A DNA stretch of 64,000 nucleotides from Candidatus Neomicrothrix sp. (GTDB lineage: Bacteria; Actinomycetota; Acidimicrobiia; Acidimicrobiales; Aldehydirespiratoraceae), in contig JAFMKU010000006.1 in NCBI GenBank assembly GCA_017852795.1, positions 2,448 to 66,447 on the forward strand, in the 5' to 3' direction. Both the position numbers and the translations under genes were made by a program. Each line of letters opens with the position of its first letter. The first letter of the stretch is position 1. Below are positions 18,079 to 27,675 of the stretch, one piece after another. The notes beneath the pieces were generated by a model. That model ran no database searches. It saw nothing but the letters and a program-made list of their open reading frames with translations, and was not told the DNA's origin.

Positions 18079-19517
18079 CCGAAACGCTCACTTCGCCGAC
18101 CAGCCTTCTGATGGCACCGGCACGCTCACGCTTCGGCCTTCCCCAACGAGCAATGGTGTTCGTTGTCGAGGCGTTGATGTATCTAGTGGTCTGCTTGTTG
18201 GTGGCGCTGGTTGAATACTTCGTGGCGGGGCCGATCACCGATTTTGGCGTGTCGAACTTCTGGCTTGGTCTCGTGATCTACGCCGGTATGGACGGGTACT
18301 CGTGGCCTTCCAGTCAGTCGTTTGCGCAACGGATGGTTGGCGCCTCGGTCCGTCAGATGAACGGGCGACCAGCCGGTGCCATTCGAACCGCGATCCGACA
18401 GGTCACCCGGTTCGGCGGACTGTACGCCATCCCGGTGTTCGTGTTGGATTTCAACGCGGGCTGGGTGGCGCTGTTCGCGGTGCTGGCCGCTGGGCTATGC
18501 GCGGTGGCGCCATTCGGGCGCGCTCCTTGGGATTTTCTGGCGTCGACGATGGTGGTCGAAGGCGTCGTGGGTGGCGAGGGAACGGAACCGGGCCCGGTCC
18601 GTCAAGCCTCGGACCTCCAGCTCGATCGTGGCCGGGCCAACCGGAACCAACGCGCTCGGCGGCTCATGCTGGGCACGGGCCTGTCTTCGGTGGTCGTTAG
18701 TGGCCTCATTGTTTTTTACATCTTCACCGAGGCGTTCTCGTTCGTTGCCGATCAGGAATTTAGCTGGAGTCTCCTGACCGACATTGGTTGGTTCCCGCGG
18801 CGTGGCCAGTTCGATCTTTCCACGCTGTTCGTCGGTTCGTTGTGGGTCACGCTGATTTCCATGGTGGTAGCGGCCCCGATCGGTATCGGTGTGGCGTTCT
18901 ATCTGGCCGAATACGCATCTTCGAAAGTGCAGCGGATCGTCAAACCGATGATCGAGACGCTGGCATCTATCCCATCGGTGGTGCTTGGCCTGTTCGCCAT
19001 CAGCTTCATTTACCCAAATGTGCTCAAACCGGTATTCCCCGGCATCGGGATCTTCTCGTTGTTAGCGGCCGGGCTCGGGGTCGGGGTGCTGACCGTACCG
19101 ATCGTGGCATCCATCTCCGAAGACGCGATGCGCGCGGTTCCTCGGGAACTTCGCGAAGCCAGCTACGGACTCGGGGCCCGGAAGGTAACTACCGCGCTGC
19201 GGGTGGTCTTCCCGGCCGCGCTGTCGGGGATTTCAGCGGCCATCATCGTGGGGATCTCGCGGGCGATCGGCGAAACCATGGTGGTGTTCATCGCAGCCGG
19301 TGGTTCCGGAGGCGCGCTGTTTGAAAGCAACCCGACCGAACCCGGTCAGACCCTGACCGCGGCGATGGCCTCGTTGGGGGCCGGCACCGATTCGGTGGCT
19401 GGTTCCGGTATCGCCTTCCAGAGTCTCTATTTCCTTGGAGCCTTGCTGTTCCTGGTCACCTTGTTGCTCAACGTCCTGTCGGATCTGGTGGTCCGACGAT
19501 TCCGGCAGGTGTACTGA
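18075..19517 (+). CDS. pstC: PstC permease with a ~170-aa N-terminal RDD-like membrane domain
   Basis: The C-terminal ~300 aa is typical PstC (EAA-like loop EDAMRAVPRELREASYGLGARK). The N-terminus has three or four hydrophobic helices plus QSFAQRMVGASVRQMNGRPAGAIRTAIRQ, resembling the RDD family. The ATG at 18075 overlaps the pstS-2 stop (ATGA); the track start is 18063. Confidence 0.85.
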   Translation: MTETLTSPTSLLMAPARSRFGLPQRAMVFVVEALMYLVVCLLVALVEYFVAGPITDFGVSNFWLGLVIYAGMDGYSWPSSQSFAQRMVGASVRQMNGRPAGAIRTAIRQVTRFGGLYAIPVFVLDFNAGWVALFAVLAAGLCAVAPFGRAPWDFLASTMVVEGVVGGEGTEPGPVRQASDLQLDRGRANRNQRARRLMLGTGLSSVVVSGLIVFYIFTEAFSFVADQEFSWSLLTDIGWFPRRGQFDLSTLFVGSLWVTLISMVVAAPIGIGVAFYLAEYASSKVQRIVKPMIETLASIPSVVLGLFAISFIYPNVLKPVFPGIGIFSLLAAGLGVGVLTVPIVASISEDAMRAVPRELREASYGLGARKVTTALRVVFPAALSGISAAIIVGISRAIGETMVVFIAAGGSGGALFESNPTEPGQTLTAAMASLGAGTDSVAGSGIAFQSLYFLGALLFLVTLLLNVLSDLVVRRFRQVY

Positions 19518-20431
19518 TGGCCCCGTCCGAACTGATCCAGAACACGCTGCGGCACCGCAGGCGATCCGACGTCTCCGGGCGGGTGTTTTATGGTCTCCTC
19601 ATCGCTGCGGTCACCATTGCGTTCCTGCTGGTGCTGGTGGTGATGAGCGATGTGGTTCGAGGATCTCTTGATCTGCTGGGCGAACGGGCCTGGGGGTTCT
19701 TAACCTCCCCATCGTCGTCGGATCAAGGCAAGGCCGGGGTGGTTCAGGGCGTTCGCGGCACACTGGTGATCTCGGTGATCGTGGCGTTGACCTTTCCGAT
19801 CGGGATCGGTGCGGCGGTTTACCTTGAGGAGTACGCCGAGGACAACTGGCTCACCCGGTTGATTCAGGTAGCGGTTCGCAACCTGGCCGGAGTTCCCTCC
19901 ATCGTCTACGGCCTGCTCGGGTTGGCGGTGTTCGTGCAGAGCCTTCGCGGGTTGACCGGTGGTTCGTCGATTATCGCTGGTGGTTTGACGTTGGCCGTCT
20001 TGGTCCTTCCGATTGTGGTGATCACTTCTGCTGAAGCGATTCGGGCGGTACCGGCGGCGTATCGCGACGGTGCTTACGGTCTTGGAGCGACCCAGTGGGA
20101 AACCATCCGAACCCAAGTTCTTCCCGCCGCCATGCCCGGGATCTTGACCGGTACGGTGCTCTCAATCGCCCGCGCCGCGGGCGAAGCAGCACCGTTGTTG
20201 GTGGTGGGAGCGGCCCCGTATTACACGACCGGCAACAACGACTTTCTCGAACAGTTGCGAGGCGCGTTTACTGCGCTACCCATGAACATCGCCACGTTCG
20301 CTCGACTTCCCGCTGAAACTTGGCGAGGGCACGCGGCCTTCGCCAGCCTTGTTCTGCTTGTCCTGGTATTCATGATCAACCTGGTTGCGATTGTGGGACG
20401 AGCCCGAATCGCCCGACGCCTCGGGCGCTAA
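19517..20431 (+). CDS. pstA: phosphate ABC transporter permease PstA
   Basis: 1-nt overlap with pstC. EAA loop SAEAIRAVPAAYRDGAYGLGATQWE. Confidence 0.9.
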   Translation: MAPSELIQNTLRHRRRSDVSGRVFYGLLIAAVTIAFLLVLVVMSDVVRGSLDLLGERAWGFLTSPSSSDQGKAGVVQGVRGTLVISVIVALTFPIGIGAAVYLEEYAEDNWLTRLIQVAVRNLAGVPSIVYGLLGLAVFVQSLRGLTGGSSIIAGGLTLAVLVLPIVVITSAEAIRAVPAAYRDGAYGLGATQWETIRTQVLPAAMPGILTGTVLSIARAAGEAAPLLVVGAAPYYTTGNNDFLEQLRGAFTALPMNIATFARLPAETWRGHAAFASLVLLVLVFMINLVAIVGRARIARRLGR

Positions 20432-20452
20432 CTACCAAGAGGACCGACGACG

Positions 20453-21316
20453 ATGACCGATCTGCCAACCCGGCCCACTATTCCGGCTAACACCGGTGTG
20501 CCAGCCAACACCGCTGAACGAACACCGTCGCAACCTTCCTCGGAGGTGTTCAGGACCAGCAACCTCAGCGTCTCCTACGGCGGGGTGCGGGCCATTGCCG
20601 ACGTCAGCATCGACATTCGCGACCGCGAGATCACCGCGTTTATCGGCCCTTCGGGTTGCGGCAAATCAACGGTGTTGCGCTGCTTCAACCGCATGAACGA
20701 TCTGATCCCCACGGCAACAGTCGATGGGTCGGTTTGGTACCACGGCGTTGATCTTTATGACCCGCAGGTTGATCCGGTCGCGGTTCGGCGCCGCATCGGG
20801 ATGGTGTTTCAGAAACCCAACCCGTTTCCCAAGTCGATTTATGACAATGTGGCCTATGGCCCTCGGGTGGGGGGGATGAAGGCCGATCTTGACGAGGTTG
20901 TCGAATCTTCACTGATCCGCGCTGGCCTCTGGGACGAAGTCAAAGACCGATTGCAGGAGTCGGCGACGGGAATGTCAGGTGGCCAACAGCAGCGCCTCTG
21001 TATTGCCCGAGCGATCGCTGTCAACCCGGATGTGCTGCTGATGGATGAGCCGTGTTCGGCGCTGGACCCGATCGCCACTGGCCGAATCGAGGAGTTGATG
21101 AAAGAAATCCAGAACGATTACACGATTGTCATCGTGACCCACAACATGCAGCAGGCGGCACGAGTTTCGGACCGCACCGCGTTTTTCACTGCGGAACTCG
21201 ACGAGGGAACGGGGCAACGACGTGGACGGCTGGTTGAATACGCTGACACGGTGACGATCTTTTCCGACCCGGAAGATGACCGTACTGAGGCCTACGTGAC
21301 TGGACGTTTCGGATGA
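20453..21316 (+). CDS. pstB: phosphate ABC transporter ATP-binding protein PstB
   Basis: Walker [10 protein letters not shown]. Signature [14 protein letters not shown]-like ([14 protein letters not shown]). Walker [12 protein letters not shown]. PstB-typical [12 protein letters not shown] start. Confidence 0.95.
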   Translation: MTDLPTRPTIPANTGVPANTAERTPSQPSSEVFRTSNLSVSYGGVRAIADVSIDIRDREITAFIGPSGCGKSTVLRCFNRMNDLIPTATVDGSVWYHGVDLYDPQVDPVAVRRRIGMVFQKPNPFPKSIYDNVAYGPRVGGMKADLDEVVESSLIRAGLWDEVKDRLQESATGMSGGQQQRLCIARAIAVNPDVLLMDEPCSALDPIATGRIEELMKEIQNDYTIVIVTHNMQQAARVSDRTAFFTAELDEGTGQRRGRLVEYADTVTIFSDPEDDRTEAYVTGRFG

Positions 21317-22764
21317 GCGAGAACCGCAGCCAACTCGATGAGCGGCTTCACATCATTGAAGACCACCTTGTGCAGATGATGGAGATGGTCTCCGAACGAA
21401 TCAGCGACGTCACCTCGGCGATGCTGGAGGGCGATATTGCCAGCGCCGACCGGTTGATTATCGGCGACGATGACATCGATCTGCTCTCCACCCAGGTCGA
21501 AGAAGCCTGCGTGGCGACGCTGGTGCGGGAAGCTCCGGTAGCAACCGATCTGCGGTTTGTCGTCGGCGCTTTGCACGCCAACTCCGACATTGAACGCAGC
21601 GGCGACCTCGTCGCGAACATCGCCAAAGCGGTTGGTCGTTTGCAGGGAGCGAACCCTGACGACCGCATTCGTGAACTCATCGCGCAGATGTCCGATCAGG
21701 CCGGCGAGTTGTTCCGACGGGTGAGCGAGGCGTTTCGGGCCCGCGACACCGCGCTGGCCATTTCGGTGGCTGACATGGATGACGTGCTTGACGACCTTCA
21801 CTACCGCTACATCCATTACGTGATTCAGGAAGCCCGCCGAGCTGACCTCGACCCGCAACATGCCTTGCAGCTGGCGCTGATCGGTCGCTTCTATGAACGG
21901 ATCGGCGACCACGCCGAAAACGTTGGGGAACGAATTCGCTACATCGTCGATGGCTGGGTTCCGGAGGCACAAGCTGCGGAACGGGCGAAAGCTCGCCAGT
22001 CGGGTGAGTTGGCGACACCCAGTCCCCGAGGGGTAGCGGTGATCGGGGCGCTGGCTGCCGAACGTCGCATTGACGCCATCAGACGAGATTTCGTCGCCAA
22101 CGTGAGCCACGAGCTAAAGACTCCGGTCGGCGCGATGTCGCTTCTGGCCGACACTCTGGCGGGCGATGTCAGCGGAGCCGATCGGGAACGGCTCGGCGAG
22201 ATGCTGATGAAGGAAGCCAAACGGGTTGAGGACATTATTGACGACCTGCTGGAGCTCACCCGACTCGAAGAATCCGAGCCGGAAACGGAACTTCTTGACG
22301 TCGATGACATCGTGATGCGGTCGGTGGAAAAGGTGCAAGTGTTTGCCCTTACCCGCAGCGTTGAACTGGCCACGGTGGGTCTTCCTAGCGATCGGCAGGT
22401 GATGGGAGATCGACGGGCACTGGTTCGAGCTATGGCCAACCTGATCGACAATGCGGTGCGTTACAGCGACCCGAACTCGCAAGTCACGATTTCGGTGGTG
22501 GATCTCGGTGGGTCAGTTGAGCTCGGGGTCCGAGATCATGGGGTGGGTATTCCCCGCGCCGAACTGGAGCGGGTCTTTGAGCGCTTCTACCGGGTCGACC
22601 GGGCCCGCAGTCGAGAGACCGGAGGCACGGGGCTTGGGCTCGCGATCGTTCGCCACGTCGCCACCAACCACGGGGGGCGGGTTTCGGTTGATTCCAAGCC
22701 GGGAGAAGGGTCTGAGTTCGTCGTGACCCTGCCCTGCGTTCCCCGAAACTCACCCACTAGCTGA
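21313..22764 (+). CDS. soluble sensor histidine kinase with a complete N-terminal PhoU domain (PhoU-HisKA-HATPase_c fusion)
   Basis: Residues ~1-215 carry two PhoU repeats ([30 protein letters not shown]...[13 protein letters not shown] and [20 protein letters not shown]). H-box [12 protein letters not shown] (His ~266, nt ~22108). [24 protein letters not shown]. No hydrophobic segments. ATGA overlap with pstB and 1-nt overlap with the response regulator. Confidence 0.85.
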   Translation: MSENRSQLDERLHIIEDHLVQMMEMVSERISDVTSAMLEGDIASADRLIIGDDDIDLLSTQVEEACVATLVREAPVATDLRFVVGALHANSDIERSGDLVANIAKAVGRLQGANPDDRIRELIAQMSDQAGELFRRVSEAFRARDTALAISVADMDDVLDDLHYRYIHYVIQEARRADLDPQHALQLALIGRFYERIGDHAENVGERIRYIVDGWVPEAQAAERAKARQSGELATPSPRGVAVIGALAAERRIDAIRRDFVANVSHELKTPVGAMSLLADTLAGDVSGADRERLGEMLMKEAKRVEDIIDDLLELTRLEESEPETELLDVDDIVMRSVEKVQVFALTRSVELATVGLPSDRQVMGDRRALVRAMANLIDNAVRYSDPNSQVTISVVDLGGSVELGVRDHGVGIPRAELERVFERFYRVDRARSRETGGTGLGLAIVRHVATNHGGRVSVDSKPGEGSEFVVTLPCVPRNSPTS

Positions 22765-23465
22765 TGAGTGAACTGGTCAGCGTCCTCGTAGTGGACGATG
22801 AACCATCGTTTCGCGAGGGTCTTCGCCAAGCGCTGAAAAGCGAAGGCTTCCTTGTACACCTCGCGGCCGACGGGGAAGAAGGATTGGAGGCGTTCCATAC
22901 CTTTCACCCTGATTTGGTGCTGCTCGACGTGATGCTGCCTCGGATGTCCGGGATTGACGTCTGCCGCGAAATCCGAGCCATCGCTAACACTCCGGTCATC
23001 ATGGTGTCGGCCCGCAACGAAGAAATCGACGCGGTGGTCGCGCTTGAGGTCGGGGCCGACGATTACATCAGCAAGCCGTACCGGGTCCGCGAACTGGTAG
23101 CCCGGATGCGAACCGTGCTGCGGCGGGCTTCAGCAACCGCACCGACGTACACCGATGACCCGGGGCACACCTTGGAAGTCAACGGCATCTCGCTCGACCG
23201 TGAGCGGCACATTGTTCGGGTTGACGGAGAACTGGTGCAGCTTCCACTCAAAGAGTTCCAGCTGCTGGGGTTGTTGCTGGAAAACGTAGGGATCGTGGTG
23301 ACGCGCCAGACACTGATCGACCGAGTCTGGGGTTATGACTATGTCGGTGACACCAAAACCCTTGACGTTCACATCAAGCGGCTTCGGGCCAAGGTGGAAC
23401 CCAACCCGGACCAGCCGCAACGGATCGTGACGATTCGAGGGCTTGGCTACAAACTCGAAGCGTAA
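22764..23465 (+). CDS. OmpR/PhoB-family response regulator (RegX3/PhoP-like)
   Basis: Receiver VLVVDDEPSF...LDVMLPRMSGIDVCREIR. Winged-helix C-terminus TLDVHIKRLRAKVE...IVTIRGLGYKLE. Confidence 0.9.
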   Translation: MSELVSVLVVDDEPSFREGLRQALKSEGFLVHLAADGEEGLEAFHTFHPDLVLLDVMLPRMSGIDVCREIRAIANTPVIMVSARNEEIDAVVALEVGADDYISKPYRVRELVARMRTVLRRASATAPTYTDDPGHTLEVNGISLDRERHIVRVDGELVQLPLKEFQLLGLLLENVGIVVTRQTLIDRVWGYDYVGDTKTLDVHIKRLRAKVEPNPDQPQRIVTIRGLGYKLEA

Positions 23466-23516
23466 AGGCACCTCCCGGACCGCCGCTGTCCTTGGTGGTC
23501 GCTAGGGTGACAACCG

Positions 23517-25775
23517 ATGCCTGAATCGCTACTCCTCGCCGGCCTGAACCCCGCCCAACATGATGCGGTAGTCCACGATTCCGGGCCGTTGCTGGTGGTG
23601 GCTGGTGCCGGGTCAGGAAAGACCCGGGTCCTCACCCACCGCATCGCCTACCTGATCGAGACCGGGTTGTCGCCGTACGAGATCCTGGCCATCACCTTCA
23701 CCAACAAGGCGGCCGGCGAGATGAAGGAACGGGTCAGCAACCTTGTCGGCCCGGTCGCCGAACGGATGTGGGTTTCGACGTTTCACTCGGCCTGCGTTCG
23801 GATCCTGCGCCGCGACGCCGAACGGCTTGGTTTTCCGTCGACATTCTCGATCTACGACCAGTCTGATGCGGTCCGGCTCGCCGGTTATGTGATCCGCGAC
23901 CTCAACCTTGATCCGAAACAATTCCCGCCTCGAAGTGTGCACGCTCAGATTTCGATGGCGAAGAACGAGAACACCAGCGCCCAACGGTTTGCCGAACGGG
24001 CCGAGCCGGGGAGAAACCAGCAGGTCGCCGAGGTCTACCTCGAATACCAGAAACGACTTCAGGCCGCTGGAGCAATGGATTTCGACGACCTGTTGGTCCG
24101 GACCACTCAGCTCTTTCGCGACCACCCCGATGTGTTGGCGTCATGGCGGCACCGGTTCCGGCATGTGCTGGTCGACGAATATCAAGACACCAACCCGGTG
24201 CAGAACGATCTGGTGTTGATGTTGGCTCAAGAACACCGCCAGGTGACCGTTGTTGGCGACAGCGACCAGTCGGTCTATGCGTTCCGAGGGGCCGACATTC
24301 GCAACATTCTCGAGTTCGAAAGCGCCTTCCCTGATGCCAGCATCGTGGTGCTCGAACAGAACTATCGCTCCACCCAGTCGATCCTTGATGCCGCCAACGC
24401 AGTGATCGCCCAGAACATGGGGCGCAAACCCAAAGAGCTCTGGACCGAACGGGGCGGAGGCGAGAAGCTGGTTCGCCACCACGCCGACGATGAAGCCGAC
24501 GAAGCTCAGTTCGTGGCGACCGAACTCGCCCGCCTGCACGACAGCGACCACCGGCCCTGGCGAGAGATGGCGGTCTTTTACCGCACCAACTCGATGTCGC
24601 GGGTGGTTGAGGAATATCTGGTTCGGGCTGGCATTCCCTATCGGGTGGTTGGCGGTACCCGGTTCTATGACCGCCGCGAAATCAAAGACGCGTTGGCCTA
24701 TTTGCGGGCCGTGGTCAACCCGACCGACGAAGTCAGCGTCAAGCGGGTGCTCAACGTTCCCAAGCGAGGGGTCGGAGACTCGTCGGTTGCCAAACTCGAT
24801 CTCTGGGCGATGCGTCACGGCGAAACCTTCGATCAGGCGCTGCTGCATTTCGATCAGGCGGGGGTTAGTGGCCGGGCCGCGACGGGCATCGAAAAGTTTC
24901 TGGCGGTGACTACCGAGATTCGATCGCTCGATGCCTCACCGGCAGTGATTCTCGAAGAGGTGCTGGAACGCTCGGGGTATCTCGCCGAATTGCAGGCGGA
25001 ACGGTCCATCGAGGCCGAAGGTCGCGTCGAAGCGTTGTCAGAACTGGTCGGGAACGCACGCGAATACGAGACGGTCATCGAGTTCTTGGAGCAGGTGAGT
25101 CTGGTGAGCGACACCGATGTGCTGACCGACGACGATTCCAGTGTCAGCTTGATGACCTTGCACGCAGCCAAAGGCCTTGAGTTTCCGGTGGTGTTCCTGG
25201 TCGGGCTCGAAGATGGTGTGTTCCCGCACGTGCGGGCCCTTGGTGACCCAGCCGAACTCGAAGAGGAGCGGAGATTGGCCTACGTCGGGATTACCCGCGC
25301 CATGGAACGCCTGTATCTCAGCAGCGCCTGGAGTCGGTTGGTGCACGGCCAAACCCAGTACAACCCGCCGAGTCGGTTCCTTGACGAGATCCCGGCTGAG
25401 CTCCTTGATGAACGAAGAGGCCAGCGCCCAAGTGGAGGATCTCGCACCACTGGTGCTGGGTCGTATGGACGGGGCCGGTCCGCTGGGTTTGAACGCAGCA
25501 CCGAAACGTTCGGCCGAACCTTTGGCGGGTCGGGCCGCGGCGATTCCAGCGAAACGTCCCGAGAGCCTTCGCGACCCACCCCGACCGGTCCGGTACCTTC
25601 GGGAGCCGATGCGTTAGGGCTTCGGGTTGGCGACGACGTTCGGCACGCCCAGTGGGGCGACGGGGTGATTCTTTCCATCAAAGGAGAAGGCGACTCGGCT
25701 GAAGCCAGCGTGCATTTCCCGTCGGTGGGGCAGAAGCAGTTGCTGCTGAGTTGGGCACCACTCGAACGGGTCTAG
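23517..25775 (+). CDS. pcrA: ATP-dependent DNA helicase PcrA/UvrD
   Basis: LNPAQHDAV, AGAGSGKTRVLTHR, VLVDEYQDTN, VGDSDQSVYAFRGA, TLHAAKGLEFPVVF, YVGITRA. Confidence 0.92.
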   Translation: MPESLLLAGLNPAQHDAVVHDSGPLLVVAGAGSGKTRVLTHRIAYLIETGLSPYEILAITFTNKAAGEMKERVSNLVGPVAERMWVSTFHSACVRILRRDAERLGFPSTFSIYDQSDAVRLAGYVIRDLNLDPKQFPPRSVHAQISMAKNENTSAQRFAERAEPGRNQQVAEVYLEYQKRLQAAGAMDFDDLLVRTTQLFRDHPDVLASWRHRFRHVLVDEYQDTNPVQNDLVLMLAQEHRQVTVVGDSDQSVYAFRGADIRNILEFESAFPDASIVVLEQNYRSTQSILDAANAVIAQNMGRKPKELWTERGGGEKLVRHHADDEADEAQFVATELARLHDSDHRPWREMAVFYRTNSMSRVVEEYLVRAGIPYRVVGGTRFYDRREIKDALAYLRAVVNPTDEVSVKRVLNVPKRGVGDSSVAKLDLWAMRHGETFDQALLHFDQAGVSGRAATGIEKFLAVTTEIRSLDASPAVILEEVLERSGYLAELQAERSIEAEGRVEALSELVGNAREYETVIEFLEQVSLVSDTDVLTDDDSSVSLMTLHAAKGLEFPVVFLVGLEDGVFPHVRALGDPAELEEERRLAYVGITRAMERLYLSSAWSRLVHGQTQYNPPSRFLDEIPAELLDERRGQRPSGGSRTTGAGSYGRGRSAGFERSTETFGRTFGGSGRGDSSETSREPSRPTPTGPVPSGADALGLRVGDDVRHAQWGDGVILSIKGEGDSAEASVHFPSVGQKQLLLSWAPLERV

Positions 25776-25906
25776 CCGGCTGGATCAACCAACGTGACCG
25801 GACCGCGAACCGGATGGCTCGTCGTGCAACCGGATACTCCGTCGAGTAACGACCTCGGCGGTAAGGGCGCTGGACTGAACGGGAACGGTGACCGGCACGG
25901 TGGTCA

Positions 25907-26458
25907 TCAGCGGTCCTCGTTGTTGTCGTAGTTGAGATCGACCCGTACCCGGCCGGCTTCGTCAACGCTGACCGGGTAGGTGTCGATCACCGTTCCGTCA
26001 CTTAGGTTTCCCCGCTCGTCCATCGTGACGTCACGACAGGTGGTGTCGTCGGCGACGGTGATCAGTTCGAACAGGGCACGGTCGGCGTTCCATTCGAAGA
26101 AACAGTCCCGGGGTTGCCCGGTTGGGCGAGCATCGAAAGCGAACCATCCACCTTCGGAATCTTCGCCCAGATGCTGCAGGATCAGGTCTCGGCTTCGTCC
26201 CGCCACGTCGCTGTACAGGATCGGTCCACGGTCATCGATTTCGGCTGAGATCCGCCCGATCTGCCCGGCATCGAAATCGGTGTCACCCAGTTGGATCTCA
26301 ACGTTGCTGTTTCGGCTGGCCAGCAGCAGCACGCCACCTCCGAGCACTAACGCGATCATCACCCCGGTGATGCCAACCAGCACCGCTGATCGGGCGTTGA
26401 TTCGTGGACCTTTCGCAACCGGCATCTTCACTCCAGATAGGGGACGGGGTTCTGTCAT
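25907..26458 (-). CDS. hypothetical membrane-anchored protein
   Basis: An N-terminal TM segment AVLVGITGVMIALVLGGGVLLLA is followed by an acidic soluble domain. Coding-like third-position GC. No recognisable family. Confidence 0.5.
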   Translation of the reverse strand: MTEPRPLSGVKMPVAKGPRINARSAVLVGITGVMIALVLGGGVLLLASRNSNVEIQLGDTDFDAGQIGRISAEIDDRGPILYSDVAGRSRDLILQHLGEDSEGGWFAFDARPTGQPRDCFFEWNADRALFELITVADDTTCRDVTMDERGNLSDGTVIDTYPVSVDEAGRVRVDLNYDNNEDR

Positions 26459-26492
26459 GCCTAGTATCTCCCCGTAGCCAATCGGGGAGGCA

Positions 26493-27638
26493 ATGCCGGT
26501 GGATTTGTTTGAGCATCAGGGCAAGGAGTTCTTTGCCCAATTCGGTATGCCGGTGAGCCCCGGCGAAGCAGTTTTTTCGGTCGATGAAGCCGTGGCCGCC
26601 GCCGAGCGTCTCGGTACGCCGGTGATGGTGAAAGCCCAGGTTCACACCGGTGGACGAGGCAAAGCAGGGGGCGTCAAGTTCGCGGCCGACATCGACGCAG
26701 TTCGCGAACACGCCAGCAACATCCTCGGCCTTGACATCCGCGGCCACATCGTGAACCGGTTGTGGATCGAGAAAGCTTCCGACATTGCCGAGGAGTACTA
26801 CGCCAGCTTCACCTTGGACCGTTCGGCCAAGAAGCATCTGGGCATGTTGTCTAAAGAGGGTGGCGTCGAGATCGAAACGGTGGCTGAAGAAAACCCGGAT
26901 GCCATCGCCAAGATCTGGGTCGATCCGACGGTTGGGCTCGATGAGGCGACCACCCGAGCCTGGGTGGCAGCCGCGAACCTTCCGGAAGCTGCGGTGGAAG
27001 GCACCGTCGACATTCTCCAGAAGCTCTACGTGGCCTACACCGACGGTGATTGCGATCTGGTGGAAATCAACCCGCTGATCCTGACCCCTCAAGGCAACGT
27101 GCATGTCCTTGACGCCAAGGTGACCTTGGATGGGAACAGCACCTTCCGCCACCCCGACTACGAGCAGTACGACGAGACCCAGCCGCGTGATGAACGCGAA
27201 GCCGCCGCCCACGCCAAAGGCCTGCAATATGTCGGGCTCGAAGGCAGCGTCGGGGTGATCGCCAACGGGGCTGGCCTGGCCATGAGCACCGTGGATGTGG
27301 TCAACCAGGTGGGTGGCAAACCCGCCAACTTCCTCGACATCGGTGGCGGGGCCAATGCCGACGTGATGGCCGGAGCACTCGAAGTCATCAACAATGACCC
27401 GGCCGTGAAGTCGATCCTCATCAACATCTTCGGGGGGATTACCCGTGGCGAAGAAGTCGCCAACGGCATCCTGGAGGCGATGCGTCGGGTCAAGATCGAT
27501 GCCCCCATCGTTATTCGACTCGACGGAACCAACGCCGACGAAGGCCGGGCAATCCTGGCGCCTAACATCAACGAGATGTTGCAGATGGAAGACACCATGC
27601 TCGACGCGGCTCGCCGTGCGGTTGAGCTGGCTGGCTGA
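26493..27638 (+). CDS. sucC: succinate--CoA ligase subunit beta
   Basis: MPVDLFEHQGKEFFAQFGMPV, ATP-grasp region, NIFGGITRGEEVA. Confidence 0.95.
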   Translation: MPVDLFEHQGKEFFAQFGMPVSPGEAVFSVDEAVAAAERLGTPVMVKAQVHTGGRGKAGGVKFAADIDAVREHASNILGLDIRGHIVNRLWIEKASDIAEEYYASFTLDRSAKKHLGMLSKEGGVEIETVAEENPDAIAKIWVDPTVGLDEATTRAWVAAANLPEAAVEGTVDILQKLYVAYTDGDCDLVEINPLILTPQGNVHVLDAKVTLDGNSTFRHPDYEQYDETQPRDEREAAAHAKGLQYVGLEGSVGVIANGAGLAMSTVDVVNQVGGKPANFLDIGGGANADVMAGALEVINNDPAVKSILINIFGGITRGEEVANGILEAMRRVKIDAPIVIRLDGTNADEGRAILAPNINEMLQMEDTMLDAARRAVELAG

Positions 27639-27675
27639 TCGTTAGCGAAGACAAAGCAGAGCAGGAGCATCGAAC

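Noticed and set aside
21292-22110. 272-aa minus-strand ORF
   Set aside because: It is antisense to the PhoU-kinase gene, whose sense frame carries both PhoU and H-box motifs.
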